NCBI RefSeq assembly: GCF_001194135.2 | Contig: NC_068981.1 | Location: 160,804,792-160,868,791 of the forward strand | DNA: 64,000 nucleotides | Direction of reading: 5' to 3' | DNA from: Octopus bimaculoides | Lineage: Eukaryota | Part shown: piece by piece, positions 1-13,350 of the stretch | How the letters are laid out: each line of letters opens with the position of its first letter | Position numbering within the stretch: position 1 is the first letter of the stretch | The notes under the pieces: generated by a model | Database searches by the model: none | The model's input: the letters and a program-made list of their open reading frames with translations, nothing else | What the model was told of the DNA's origin: nothing | Translations under genes and position numbers: made by a program

Positions 1-279
1 GACATAATTGATGACAGTTTAATTGACATGCTGTGCTGAGCTCAAATCTCATCATTGAAAATAATTTCAAGATTTATTCTCTTGAAATCATGCATTTATG
101 GACTCATCAGTTTCTGAAATCTCACTGCAGTTGACCCTTATGCCCATATTTCCTTGAAATAGATATGCAATTGATGAATTGATTGCTAGGACTGCAGTAG
201 TTTAGTTGATTAGAGTAAAAACATAATGAAAATATTCTGAAGTCATGAAAAAGTACTTTGGTTTTCATAAACATCAGTA

Positions 280-1370
280 TTTTTGTTGTTGATGTTATCC
301 AATCACAATTCAGCTCTGATCAAGCATACCTTTGATCAAAGGCACTCCAATCCTGACTAACCTTGTCTTTATTTCTAGCCATAGTGTATCTATGATTATA
401 TTCAGTATGTACGAGGTCTAATCAGTAAGTATTTAGACTGTTGCCATAGTAACATAGCTAAAGCACGCAGAGTGAAGCCACTTGGCAAAGATTCACCCTG
501 AACTCTGCTGTGCATGCACACTAAGTTTTAATGTTCTAGCTCACTTTCGCTGTTTACAGCAGTGTTTGGAAGGAAGGTATGTAGTGTGTGATCGTCACAT
601 AGATCCTGAGAGAGAAAGCTATCATGGCGATACCTGCTCAGAGGCCTATGCAATGTTGCAGAAAGTGTATGGAGAGCTGAACACAAGTGTATGAGTGGTT
701 CAGATCTTTCCAAGAGGGCTGAAAAAAATGTTGATATTGATGAATGTTCTGGGAAACCCACATCCAGCAGAACTGAGAAAAACATTGTAGATGTGTGTGT
801 ACAGCTGTGGGGGGAAATTGTGGAATTATCATCAAATTGTTGAGGATGTGCAGATTAGTTCCAGTTCAGTTCAATCCATTATCACTGAAGATTTTGGTAT
901 GAGACGTGTGTCTGCCAAGTTTGTGCAAAACTGCATTCAGCTGACCAAAAAGACACTTGGGTTTCAGTTGCACAAGATCTCTTTAATTGTGTTGAGTATG
1001 ATGAAAACTTTTTGATAGCTTTGCATAGGCCTCTAAGAAGGTATTACCAAGCTTTTGGCAAAATTTGATGTAGATTCTCTGCTTAACTTTTTCTGTCATG
1101 GTCAATGCGATGATCACATGCTACACACCTTCCTTCCAAGCACTGCTATAAGCAGTGGAAGTGAGCTAGAACATTAAAACTTAGTGCACATGCATAGCAG
1201 AGTTGAAGGTCAATCTCTCTGCATGCTTTAGCTTCGTTACTATGACAACAGTCCGGATACTTATTGATCAGACCACATACTTCCCATTTTGAGGTGGTTG
1301 TGTGTTCTTTGAAGGAGATTTCAGTTGCTACTATACTTGCAAGCCAAGTGACTGCATAGATGGTGCTTTG
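280..1370 (-). repeat. Family F interspersed repeat, split by the mariner insertion
   Basis: Halves at about 280-411 and 1278-1370 match the reverse complement of the repeat seen at 6780-7010 and 43915-44110 (ctgctagaaatagcagccaaat...aaacaacaa). Confidence 0.55.
412..1277 (+). mobile_element. Internally deleted mariner transposon
   Basis: About 42-bp imperfect TIRs (cgaggtctaatcagtaagtatttagactgttgccatagtaac / gttactatgacaacagtccggatacttattgatcagaccaca) and TA on both sides. Frameshifted N-terminal transposase (EAYAMLQKVYGE; SVQSIITEDFGMRRVSAKFV). No catalytic domain. Confidence 0.9.
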
Positions 1371-2254
1371 TTAGGATTTTTGTTTATTATAAACAGACTT
1401 AAATTAGCATGTGAGTATCTGTGTGCTTATTGGAAGACAGTAGCCATAGATTCTCTTCAGAATATTGAATGTATAACTAATGTAGCTAGCTCCTGCATTT
1501 TGTGATGATCATTAATGTACATTTAACTTGATTTGTAATAAATTTTTAATGGACTACTTGATGAAGCAATCCTTAAACTTGGTTTTATCACATATTTATA
1601 TATATTTTTCACAGTAGTGTATAATTGATTAGTTGACTGAATGACATTTGTTGTATGATTGCAACTTCAACACAGCTAATTTGTTTGCTTGGTTGCTTGC
1701 TGTACTATTTATTGATCCAAAAATGAAATTGAGTATCACATGAAGAAATATCTGTGGATAAATAGACATGGGCACTTTAGTCTCGTGAACAAATATGTAA
1801 ATAACTTGTTCAAAAATCAATTGTTCAATTTTTACATCATTGATTTCTAATTCAAATAAGCAAAAAAAGTAACCATTTATGAAAAGAAATCAGAAGATAT
1901 CTTCCATCTCCAAGTGATGTTGTAGATTAGCTTTGATTGGAAATTCAAACTGATTTACAAACTTAACCTTCATGAGGAGTTTACCACTTTCTTGCTCTAT
2001 GGTGCTTGACACAACTCTTGTGTTATATTAGATATTTAAGTTGTTAGTTCTTACTAAGTTGCTTTACCTTTGGTTTAACTGTTGTCTCCCTCCCAATTTT
2101 ATTCTTTATCATTCTTTAACATTTAAAAGTCTTGAATATAAAATTCAGTCCTGAAGACTTTCGTATTTATTGTATTTTCTACCATGAGAACATTTGACTG
2201 CTGATAAACCACATTTTTTTAATCCATCACTAATTATTCACATTATATCATCAT

Positions 2255-2530
2255 CAACACCATCATTTTACGTTCCTATTCTATGCTGGCATAGGTTGGA
2301 TGGTTCAACAGGATTTGATTAGCCTAAGGGTTGTGTTGATCTCCAATATCTACTGTGGCAAAGTTTCTATGGCTAGATACCCTTCCTAGCTCCAATCACT
2401 GTACAGAGTGTACTTGATGCTTTTTTTGTGGCACTAGCACTAGTGAGGTTGCCAAGTAATTTACAAAACAAGACTTCTTGAGAGAGTTGAGGTGCAGTAT
2501 TAAGAGAGGTGGCTTTGAGCTATGAAGTTG
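2255..2530 (-). mobile_element. Family A retroposon copy (RTE-type 3' tail, (GAT)n end), old
   Basis: Begins catcatttta...atgctggcataggttggatgg and contains the degenerate gatgcccttcctaacgccaacc motif shared by all family A copies. Confidence 0.7.
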
Positions 2531-2859
2531 TCTCTTTCATATTTCTGATTGTCTGATTTTCTTTTAATCTTTAGCCACTCCTACATTCCACTTGTTTTAG
2601 TCTTTCATTTAACTTTATACATTCAATGGAATGTGCTTAATTGATTTCTAACCCATATGTACCACAGATCTTCAACACTCAATACCAGTGTTTCATTTAC
2701 CATTACAGCAGTAACAGGTGTTAACTGTATCTAGGTCAATGAAGAATATCATGATTTAATTTGATATAGTTTTTAAATGACATCCTTAGCATAGGTGTGG
2801 CTTAGGGATGTGCCGCCTAGGTAGGCAGTGCTTACCTTCAGTAAAATTTTCCTTTTATG

Positions 2860-3745
2860 GCAAAATATTGCTTCCACACCTGAAACTTCTCCTTCAGATC
2901 TTGTAGTAATTCAGCTATTAGAGCAAGGTCATCAGCATACAGGAGCTCCCATGGGCATCCTGTCTTGAATTCCTCTGTTATTGCCTGGAGGACCATGATG
3001 AATAAGAGGGGCCTGAGGACTGATCCTTGGTGGACCCCTATTCCTACCTAGAATTCTTCACAATACTTGTTGCCAACCCCCACCTTACAGCTTCTCTGTA
3101 CATAGCTTATACAGCCTTAACTAACCATTCATCTATCCCTAGTTTCCACATTGACCACCAGATAAGGATCAGTGGACCTTGTCAAAGGCTTTCTCCATGT
3201 CGGTGAAAGCCAAGTACAGAGGTTTATCTTTGGCTAGGAATTTCTCCTGCAGCTGTCTTACCAGAAATATAGCATCAGTGGTGCTTCTTCCTGGCACAAA
3301 CCCATACTGCATCTTGTCTAAACTAACTCTCTTCCTGATTTGTTGGGCTATGACCCTCTCTGTGACTTTCATCACCTGATCCAACAATTTGATACCTTGC
3401 ATGACACTATTACCCAAAGTGGTCTTTTCTGTAGGCTTTTTCTTTCCATGGATAAACCTAATCTGTTTTCCCTTTTTACATTGACATTTCTGTGATACAT
3501 GATCCCTATTGATCGTCTCCCCCCCCCTTTTTTTTTCACGATCCCTTTTGACTGGAATTCGACCCATTTTTTTTTCTTCTTCTTCCCAAAAAGAAAAACT
3601 CCACTTTGTATTTTGTCCCCTCTGTGTTCAGCCCTGTGTGGCCAATAAAGAAACATATCTAATGCGTCACCTTTTCCTTCATAGCAGTTGACTATGGTGC
3701 TGCTACACCAGTCATTGGGTATGACTCCATCATGTATCACCTGGT
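2860..3745 (-). mobile_element. RTE-clade LINE reverse transcriptase fragment, decayed and interrupted
   Basis: Minus strand reads WCSSTIVNCYEGKGDALD, GIKLLDQVMKVTERV, QYGFVPGRSTTDAIF, FTDMEKAFDKV, GVHQGSVL and LLYADDL (YADD at 2928-2939), with stops and frameshifts. Confidence 0.92.
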
Positions 3746-5208
3746 TGACTATACAGATGACTAGACTATAGCCTACACTGCTAGATATGTAGAATCAATG
3801 TAGAATAAAATGCTTTTCCTCCAAAATCACAAAGAAACAAACCCCTGCAGTGCAGTTGAACTCGTAACCCATGGTTTTACTGTGATACTTTACTCACTCA
3901 CTCACTGCTGCTTATACAGATATGTAAATAGTAATTATTCTATCAGACTAGAGTCTGCTGAATGTATGTATACCTTGCTCTGTTTTTTGATTTTGTTTAA
4001 ATTCATTTTTTGTTTGTATATTTATATAAAAAAAGTAATATCATGGCTTTTGATTAAATAGCAAACAGAATCTTTTTTGTCCTTGCAGATATGGTTAATT
4101 GATAGCAGTGAAGCAAACTGCTTTAGGAATGGTTTATCCAAAAACTACTGTTATCAAATATGTAACTGTGTGGGTGTAGGAACCACCTTTTCCTCCTTGC
4201 TGTAGAATAGAAGCTACTGGCACAATCACTTTTACCATCATCACCATCGTCATTGCAACATTATCACATTTGTTATTGTATTTGTTGCTGTTGCCATTGT
4301 TATAGTTTCTATTGTCATTATTGATCATTTGTAGGAAAAAGAGATTATGTAATGTTCATGTCCTACTCAAGGGTGTTAATGCAAAGACTGTGAAATTAAA
4401 TGATGGTATTACAGCTTTAAATCAAATCAAATTGCTGAGTATTGAAAGACTGGTTTGACAAATTGTCAGAATTGTTAGAGTGGCAGATAGAATGCCTTGT
4501 AGTATTTGTTCCAACTAACTGCACATTAAGTTCAAACCTCACCAAGGTCAACTGCTTTACTCCCTTTCATGGTTGATAAATGAAGTATTAGTTTGATACT
4601 GAATTGATTCTTTCTCTTTCTTCTCTGCTGTTAGCCACATTGTATCATAAAAAGGATTGAGTGAAGGGTCAGCAATCTTTCCTTATCGAAAAACTGACAT
4701 CAAACTGGAACCATCCAAGAACGGTTAGATGTGCAGTACAGCATTGAACTGAAAATAGAAGTGTTGCTACATTATTACTTCAGACTGGTTCTTCAAGTTT
4801 GTTTGTGCTATATTCTTTCCTGATAATATCTGGGTTAATTTCTTCCTAGTCTTTCTAAATTTAGTCACCCAAAATACAATACATCATTTGTATCTATGAA
4901 GTAACAGCCAGACATACATATTTTCTCTATTTCTGCTTAAAACATTTGGATTCAATATTTCTGATTATCATCAGAAATATTGAATTTAGAGTATTTATAA
5001 CTTCGGGCTTTCATAGAGCAAAATAACTGAGAGACAAGCCAATTGAAGAATCTCTACAGGGAGCCTTTAAAATCTAATTAGAAATAATTTTGCATTTAGA
5101 AAAGAACAATATTAGTGAAAGACTAATATCATTTAGAGTTTTTTCATTTTTAATATCTGGTAATATATTTTCTTTTATATTTAGGATAGGTAAGATGACT
5201 AAGTGCAT

Positions 5209-5405
5209 TCATCATCATCATCATCATCATCGTTTAACATCTGTTTTCCATGCTAGCATGGGTTGGATGGTTCAACTGGGGTCTAGGAAACCAGGAGGCT
5301 ACACCAGGCTCCAGTCTGATCTGGTAGCGTTTCTACAGCTGGATGCCCTTCCTAACACCAATCACTCCATGAGTGTAGTGGGTGCTTTTTACATGCCACC
5401 GGCAC
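5209..5405 (-). mobile_element. Family A retroposon copy
   Basis: (CAT)n followed by cgtttaacatctgttttccatgctagcatgggttggatgg...gatgcccttcctaacaccaatcac. Further copies at about 7040-7190, 12296-12450, 17600-18130, 36225-36510 and 38708-39330. Confidence 0.85.
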
Positions 5406-5498
5406 AGTTGAGTATATAATTAGCTACCTTATTGGCTATAATTAAGTTTACTGTTGGCATTTTGTTGTAGTTATTGCTTTTAGTTTCAGATTGTAGTT

Positions 5499-5719
5499 TA
5501 ACCCTTTCGTTACTGTATTTATTTCGAGATTCTCTGTTTCTTTTAATTACTTTCAATATAAAGGATTTAGTAAAATAACTTAGTTATCATTCAGCTAGTG
5601 TTAGGAACATAAATTGTGATTAAGGTTTGATGGAAGATTTTAATTCAAAACTTATGAAAATACGACATTTGTACTCAGAGCCAGAGCTGGTTTCAGCTGG
5701 GTTGGTATCGAAAGGGTTA
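5499..5719. mobile_element. piggyBac-type MITE, family 2
   Basis: Ends TTAA-CCCTTTCGTTAC ... GTATCGAAAGGG-TTAG. Related decayed copies at about 9860-10087, 20630-20845 and 39820-40050. Confidence 0.7.
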
Positions 5720-5829
5720 GACTTACAGTCAAAAGTATTCCCTCTATGGCCATCCCAACTTTTTCCTTTATACAGAGAAACTGTGATTATATCAAGTGTG
5801 TCCTTTTAGGTGGAAGAATTTGTTTTTTT

Positions 5830-6225
5830 AGTCTCTTACTCGTTTCAGTCATTGGACTGCAGCCATGCCCCAGCTGCTGCGGCACTGCCTTTAAGGGTTT
5901 AGTCTAAGAAATTGAGCTCAGTACTTATTTCTAAGTCTGGTATTTATTCTGTTGATCTCTTGTGCTGAACTGCTAGGTTATGGGGATGCACACAAACCAA
6001 CATTAGTTGTCAAGAAGTATGTGTGTATGGGGCAAACATGCGCATGCACACACACATACACACAATGGGCTTCCACACAGTTTCTGTCTACCAAATTCAC
6101 TCACAAGGCATTAATCAACGTGGGGTTATAGTAGAAGACATTTGTTCAAGGTGCCAGACAGTGGGACTGAACCCAAAGTCACGTGGTAGCAAAGCGAGCT
6201 TCTTAACCACCCAGCCATACCTGTG
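5830..6225 (-). mobile_element. Family C tRNA-derived SINE
   Basis: Reverse complement has an A/B-box-like head, a central (TG/CA) microsatellite and the tail gcagtccaatgactgaaacgagtaaga. Further copies at about 8760-9305, 12240-12690, 26500-26730, 56700-57065 and 60825-60960. Confidence 0.8.
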
Positions 6226-6544
6226 CTTCTGGTATTACATTGTTTCTGGACAGTACAATTTATTCTTCATTGCCTTAGTTCATCTTTCTATCTGGTGCTA
6301 AGTTTCCAAATCAAACAAGAATATTCAGGTTCAGTTTGGAGTTTAGTAATTATCATAATCTTCTTTGCCATTACCATTGAATTAGAATCTCAGTTCTGGT
6401 TATGGATTGTGTATTATGGTAACCATATGCGACAGCTTACTTCACATGAAAATTTTCATTCATGGCTGTCCAACCACCAGCTGGATATCCTCCTCCAAAC
6501 ATCAGGTTTATTTAGTCTGGGAATCCCTAAGTGATATCAAGGCA

Positions 6545-7010
6545 ATGAGATAACTGTAGTGTGGTTACTTGATAGACTCACGACAGCAGCAAAATCTCTT
6601 TCAAATCATATCTTACCATCTGGGTACCTCCCCCACTAAAAAAAAGCAGAGAAAACACTGGATAATGAAGTTGTAGATATATTGTTTGAAAAAGGAGAGG
6701 ATGATAATCACAGTTTGTCTTTTATCACAGAGCTGACCAGAGATTAAACAGGGACAACTATAGTTACAACAAGCCAATGAGAAGGCCCTCTACAAGGTTG
6801 TTTGATCTGCTAGACCAAACTAGCTATTTTGCTGCTAGAAATAGATGCTAAATCTCTCTCATATCACTAGTACATTAAAAATAAAAGGATATTTTTGATA
6901 ATGTAGTCCTAGATAAACATTTAAAAAAAAAAAAAGTGGAAGATCATGTTAGAAATATCATCGGTGTGCTTGATCAGGGCTAACTTAGGATAAACAACAA
7001 TAGCAGAATC
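6545..7010 (+). repeat. Two tandem family F repeats
   Basis: Two successive decayed units, each ending in gggctaaacaacaa-like tails. Other copies at about 23440-23610, 28400-28560, 43915-44110, 47870-48060, 60170-60350 and 60650-60800. Confidence 0.6.
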
Positions 7011-8972
7011 TACTTAAACGATATACAAATTTGAACATTATCATCATAATTTAACGTCTGTTTTGCATGTTGCCATGGATTGGAATTTTGATAGGGGCTG
7101 GCAAGCTGGATTGCTGCACCAATAGGCACCAATTGTCTGTTTTTAGGCATCTACTGCAGGATGCGTTTCCTAACACCAACCACTTTACTATCCTGTTAAC
7201 CTATTTATATAAAATGGGCGATTTGCTGGTTAATTGTCTGTATCATGCAACTGTGTTTATTACATTTCTTCACTTTATTTAAACTATTATAAACTCAACA
7301 AGAATATTAAGATTTAGCAACTCAGATAAAATTGTTTTCTTGGATCACGTTAACTTATAAAAACATACTTGGGTGTGTAAGGAAGGCAGTGGTGGGACCC
7401 TGAAAATGGAAGATAAAATTTTAGTTGTATTTTTCTACAACAGTTTTTAAAATTTTACTTGAAATTGTTTTTAAGTTGAAATTAATCTGAAATATATTTA
7501 CAAAGAAAATACTACATGTCAACCACTTTGCTCCCATATCTAACCCTGTTTTCTTTGCTCCCTCTCCCACTCCTTATAAAGTTATAGTTTTTAGATAAAC
7601 ACATATGCAAACATATGTGGACTACACACCCAAAGTTTTAAGAGATAATTTTTCACTAGCTTGGATAAAGAGGATGGCAATGATGATGATGATGATGATT
7701 AAAATGACAGTAATAATAATGCTTTATTACTAAAAGGGCACAAAAGAAGAAACATTACAAAGGTGAAAACTAACAGAAACAGTGAGAAAACAAAATGTGA
7801 AATATTTACTGTGCAAATAAAAACCTTTTCTATAAATTTTAAATCAACATTATTGGTTTTCTCTCCGTTTTGTTCATACAATAGGAACATCACTTTCCAA
7901 TGACAACATGATGATTATTATGTAATCATCATCATTATTTTTTATATAATTGGTCTGTCAGTAATTGCTATCACTCCCAGCTATTAAAGTCAATCAATGA
8001 ACTTGTCATCAACTCATCATCATCATCATGTTTAAACTATGCTAATGATATTTATTTTGGTTGAGTGTTATTTTCATGTTTGTTTGTGCTGTGTTATCTT
8101 TTCTTTGTTTCATCCTCTCTAGAGATAGAGCAAATGTGTATTAAGAGACATACATCATAACTACAACTAACAAAAAAATCAAGGGACATCATAACTACAA
8201 TGCACAAAATTATTAAGAGACATCATAAGTACAACCAATGTGCTTAGAGACGATCATTTTGCCTCTTACTTCTTAGCATTTTTATTAGACAATTTAAAAA
8301 TCTCAATTATGTTTAGTTGCTAGGTGGCATTACAAAAATAAAGTTTATTTATCTGACCCTTAAAATTGTGTTTTAAAGGCAATAATAACTAAAATGTGAA
8401 AATCAAACTGTTCTCATGGTTTATAGCTGGTGGTGTAGCAAGTGAATGAAGGATATTTAAATAACTACAGTGTCTAATTACAAAAGCTAGAGTGACTCAC
8501 ACACATACAACAGTGTGTGTGTGTGTGTGTATTGATGATATAAATTTATGAAACATTGAACATTTCTCTATGAAATAGGAAATGCATTAATAACCTCTGT
8601 TTGCCCTATATTGACTTGCAATGTCAATAACCACACCTGTATATTAAAAGTGAGCATACCTAAAGATCCAGTAAATTCATTTTAAGGAAAGAAACATCAT
8701 GACCTTTCTAAATTATGTGTGTTTCTCTCTTGAACTTATATCAGGTTTTATCATTATCTTTTAGTTGCTTGACTCATTAGACTGTGGTCATGCTGGGGCA
8801 CCGTCTTGAAGGGTTTTAGTTTTAACTCATTGACCCCAATCCTTATCTCTTTTCTTTTTGCAAAGCCTGGTACTTATTCTATTAGTCTCTTTTGCCAAAT
8901 TGCTAGGTTACAGGGATGTAAACACATCAACACTGGTTGTCAAATGGTGATGGTGAATGACACATACTCAAT

Positions 8973-9140
<168 letters not shown>

Positions 9141-10189
9141 ATATATATATTAGACAGGCTTCTTTCAGTTTTCATCTAACAAACCCACTCCTTTGCTCAG
9201 TCTAGGCTATAGTAGAAAACACTTGCCAAACATGCCACACAGTGAGCCTGAACCCAGAACCATGTGGTTGGGTAGCAAACTTCTTACCACTTATCCACAC
9301 CCATGCCTATTATTAGATAACCAATAAACATTTTTTCCTCCGTGAAATACATTTGGTTTGGTCTCCTAACAGTTGAATACTTCCTCATAATGCTCTTGCG
9401 ATTCTTTGATGGCAGAGTTGTTACAATGCTGGATAAAATGCCTTTCAGTGACTCTGCACTTTGAGTTCAAATCCTGCTGAGATTAACTTTGCTTTTCATC
9501 ATTTCAGTGTTGAGAGAAAAAAAAAGATACCAATCCAGGGCAATAGACAAGTGGAACTGTCAGAACATTGCAATATTTATTCTAGATCCTTGTATTTTGG
9601 GTTCAAATCCACCTGTGGTCTACATGTATAGTAGACTTAATTTGCCATCTAGTTTCATTCTACCACCTGGCATCTTGAGTGCCTTTAGTACAATACACTC
9701 TGTCATGAGCATTTGGACTTGGCCTCCAGTTTGAGGTACCATCCGTCTTATCTCTCTCCCACAAATCTTGGAGATCCTGTAAAGGGTCATGGACATCGTC
9801 CTTCCTCCAGATTAAAAAATTAAAAAAGTACTACAAAAAAAAAAAATGCAAAGGATCTCTTAAGCCTTTTGTTAACATATTTCTACTGAAATGCACTTCC
9901 ATTGTTTCAATTGATTTTGAAAATAATGAAAAATTTAGTAAAATAGCTTTGTCATCATTAAACCGGTGTTTCGATCATAAATTAACACAAAACTTTGAAG
10001 ATTTTAATTTAGATCACTTTAAGAAAAAGGAAATTTGTATCATAGAACCAGGAGTAGTCTCAGGCAGGTTGGTATTAAAAAGTTCAACGACTTTGTGAAG
10101 TTACATGTAATTCCATTCCACATATATATAACTGGTCTCTATAAAATTGTTTATTAAATTTTACTGTTATCAAGATAATTATAATGGCT

Positions 10190-10305
10190 ATCTGCATGTG
10201 CAATCCCTGTGAGTCAGGGTGGCTGTTTCAGTGCATCTCCCTTGCCAGCCTCTGGGGCAACGCCTTTTCCATTTTGTCTACTGGGACCGCGAAGCAGTCT
10301 GACAA
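10190..10305 (+). mobile_element. CRE-clade non-LTR retrotransposon, extreme 3' ORF fragment
   Basis: ESGWLFQCISLASLWGNAFSILST resembles the CRE C-terminal motif E..FL.QR.S.A.QRGNA..ILGT. Near-identical DNA at 35625-35735. Confidence 0.65.
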
Positions 10306-11039
10306 GCCGTTTTAGATATTTTTCTGATGTGAGGAAGAGGAAAGATGTGATGACTTAAGAATATTATGGCAATTGTAAAGAAGACTAACATAAACAAAAG
10401 TGAAGAAATGTTGATATCAACAACAATATAGATATATATATATATATATATATCTATATATATAATATAAATTATCACAAATTCTCTCCATATAAATTTA
10501 GTACTAATGTGAAGAAATTCTTGTTTAAAAAACATCTAAGTTGAAGGATAAATCTGAAAATATATCACAAATATCTATTCTAGTAAGAATTCTGTTTTTG
10601 TAACTAAATAGCATTTCTGTATGTGAGAGAATAAATACATCACTTGTATGTATTAGACATTATATTTTAAATTGAAGTGAAATAGTGATCTTAAGAAGCT
10701 TTGAATTAAAAAAAAAAAAAAATTNNNNNNNNNNAAAAAAAAAAAAAAATTTATTTCTTTCCAAGCAAGACTAAATACATTTGCCTTTACTCCTTTGTGA
10801 AATGTAAATCAGGTCAACAAAGCTGTATTATTAACAGGTCAATTTGTGAATTTATCTTTCCAGTATTGCAAGAAGGATTGTGAGTCATCCACAAAACACT
10901 CAAGTTTCGTGAGATTAGAACGAATCTGTTTTTTGGTCTTGATAAAATATTGGTAACACCTTGTTGAAAGAAAATTCTTAATGAGCTGAGTCTATTATTA
11001 CCCAGTTTTGATTTCTGTTTGTACAGACAGATCTTTTTA

Positions 11040-11415
11040 CTTTTTTACCTGTTCCAGTCACTGGCTGTGACCATGCTGGGGCACCACCTTTAATGGTTTT
11101 AATTGAATGAATTAACCCCAGTACTTAAAATTTTTTCTTTTAAGCCTTGTACTTATTCTACTGGTTTCTTATACTGAACTGCAAATTTACAGGGATGTAA
11201 ACAAACCAGTACTGGTTGTCAGGTGGTGGTGGGAGACACTCAAATGCATAAACACATACATGTGGATATATACATACTTGTTTCTTTCAGTTTCCTTCAG
11301 CCAATTCCCCATTCAAAGCTTTGGTTGATCCAGGGCTACAGTTAAAGACGCTTGCAACTGAACCTGGAACTATGTGGTTGAGAAGCAAACTTCTTACCAA
11401 ACACCCATGCATGTA
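11040..11415 (-). mobile_element. Family C SINE
   Basis: Full head-to-tail match to the family on the minus strand. Confidence 0.8.
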
Positions 11416-11514
11416 CCTATAATTCTTCAAGTAATTTGGGTATCATTGTCATTAATTGTCATGTCTGTGTCTCTGAAGATCTATTGATTGATATATTTTG
11501 AATTCTTTGTATAG

Positions 11515-11905
11515 ACACAGGCATGGCTCTGTGGTTAAGGAGCTTGCTTTGCAACCATGTAGTTTTAGGTTCAGTCCTGCTGCACTGCATCTTAGGCTAG
11601 TGTTTTTTACTACAGCCCTGGGTCAAACAGCTGACCAATGCCTTGTGAGTGGATTTGGTAGACAGGAACCATGGAAACCTATTGTATGTGTGCATTTGTG
11701 TTTGTTCCCCAACCAATACTTGACAACTTGTGTTGGTTGTTTATGTCCCCATGACTTAGCAGTTCAGTATAAGAGACCAATAGAATAAGTACCAGACTTA
11801 AAAAAAAAAAATTGGCACTTTGGTTGATTTGCTTGACTAAACTTTTCAAGGCAGTGCTCCAGCATGTCTGTTGTCCAATGATTGAAAGAAATAAAAGATA
11901 AAGAT
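11515..11905 (+). mobile_element. Family C SINE
   Basis: Head ggcatggctctgtggttaaggagc...ggttcagtcc; tail gcagtgctccagcatg...aatgattgaaagaaataaaaga. Confidence 0.82.
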
Positions 11906-12740
11906 TAAAATCTATCAGATTCATGTCTTCATAAAATAGCAGTTAATTCTTTTGGAATATTTTATTTAAGATTTTCAGCATATAATGACATTAGACTTTA
12001 TATGTGCCAGTTTGAGTCAGAAAAGAGCGAAAGACTTGCCAGTAGGCCTGCTAATCATGTGTCTCAAATTAGATAAAAGTATTGATTTATTGATTTTAAT
12101 ATACTGGATTTGGTGAGTAGTAGGAAGAGGTTGTAATATTGTAGTGTGACACAGTTGATTAAACCAACCATAATATTTGACTAACAGGGCATGGTTAACT
12201 TTGGTAGGATTTGAAGAAAGAAAATAAAAACATAAACAAACTAACCCTGGTTGTCAAGTGGTGGGGACCAAACTCACACACACACATATTTACACATCAT
12301 CATCATCATCATTCTTTAACATCTGTTTTCCATGCTGGCATGGGTTAGACTGTTTGACTGGAACTGGTAAGCTGGAGAGCTGCACTAGGCTCCAGTCTGT
12401 TTTGGTATGGTTACTACAGCTGGATGCCATTACTAACGCCAATCACTCCACGCACGCACACACACACACACACACACACATTCATACAAACATACATAAT
12501 AAATATACACATACACACATACACATGACAAGCCTCCACACAGTTTCTGTCTGCCAAATTCAGTCAGATGGCATTGGTTGGCTCCAGGCTTTAATAGAAA
12601 ACACTTGCCCAAGATGTTATGCAGTGAGACTGAACCTGAAACAACATGGTTACAAAGCAAGCTTCTTAACCACAAAGCCATGCCTATATAATCTGTGTCT
12701 ATGTATAATTAGTAACAATTTGACTGGACTCCACATTATT

Positions 12741-12966
12741 TTAACCCTTTAACATTTAGTTTACCCTGTCAAAAGTAATGCTCATTCATTCATATTGTTT
12801 TGAATTAAGCGTACTTTATCTTGTCGCTTAAAGATTTCAATGATGTGATTGTTTATTTTTAGAAGGACATTGTAGGGTAGGTGTGAGATACTTGATTTAG
12901 CTGGTCTGAACATAAAACGGAGAATATTTTTGACAGATATGGCTGGTTTAAATGTTAATGGGTTAA
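12741..12966 (+). mobile_element. piggyBac-type MITE, family 1
   Basis: TTAA-CCCTTTAACATT ... AATGTTAATGGG-TTAA: TTAA target duplication and CCC/GGG termini. Confidence 0.8.
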
Positions 12967-13122
12967 ATAACATGGAGCTGAATCAAACTATTTTAAACTT
13001 TCAACTGCTACATGTACCACTGGTGGTTCATCGCAAACTTCACACGATTGCCATATGCACCACCCATGGTACGTTTTCATAATTTGAGAAAATATTTAAT
13101 TCTGTATCTTTGGTGAGGATAT

Positions 13123-13350
13123 TTAACCCTTTAGCATTCAAATTATTTTGTTGAATATAATGCTTGTTTATTCACATTCTTTTAAATTTACCATTCTCTA
13201 TCTCATAGATTTAAAATTTCAATGATATGATTGTGCATTTTTAGAATGACATTATAGGCTACTTGTGAGAGGCCAAATCTGTCTGGCCTGAAAATAAAAC
13301 ATGTACAATATTTGAGCTAGATATGGCTGGTTTAAATGCTAAAGGGTTAA
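13123..13350 (+). mobile_element. piggyBac-type MITE, family 1
   Basis: TTAA-CCCTTTAGCATT ... AATGCTAAAGGG-TTAA, with matching TIRs. Confidence 0.85.

Noticed and set aside
2255-3745. Family A copy at 2255 as the 3' end of the adjacent RTE RT fragment
   Set aside because: The 330 bp between them show no recognisable RT, the spacing is too short, and the copy belongs to a variant also found alone at 17600.
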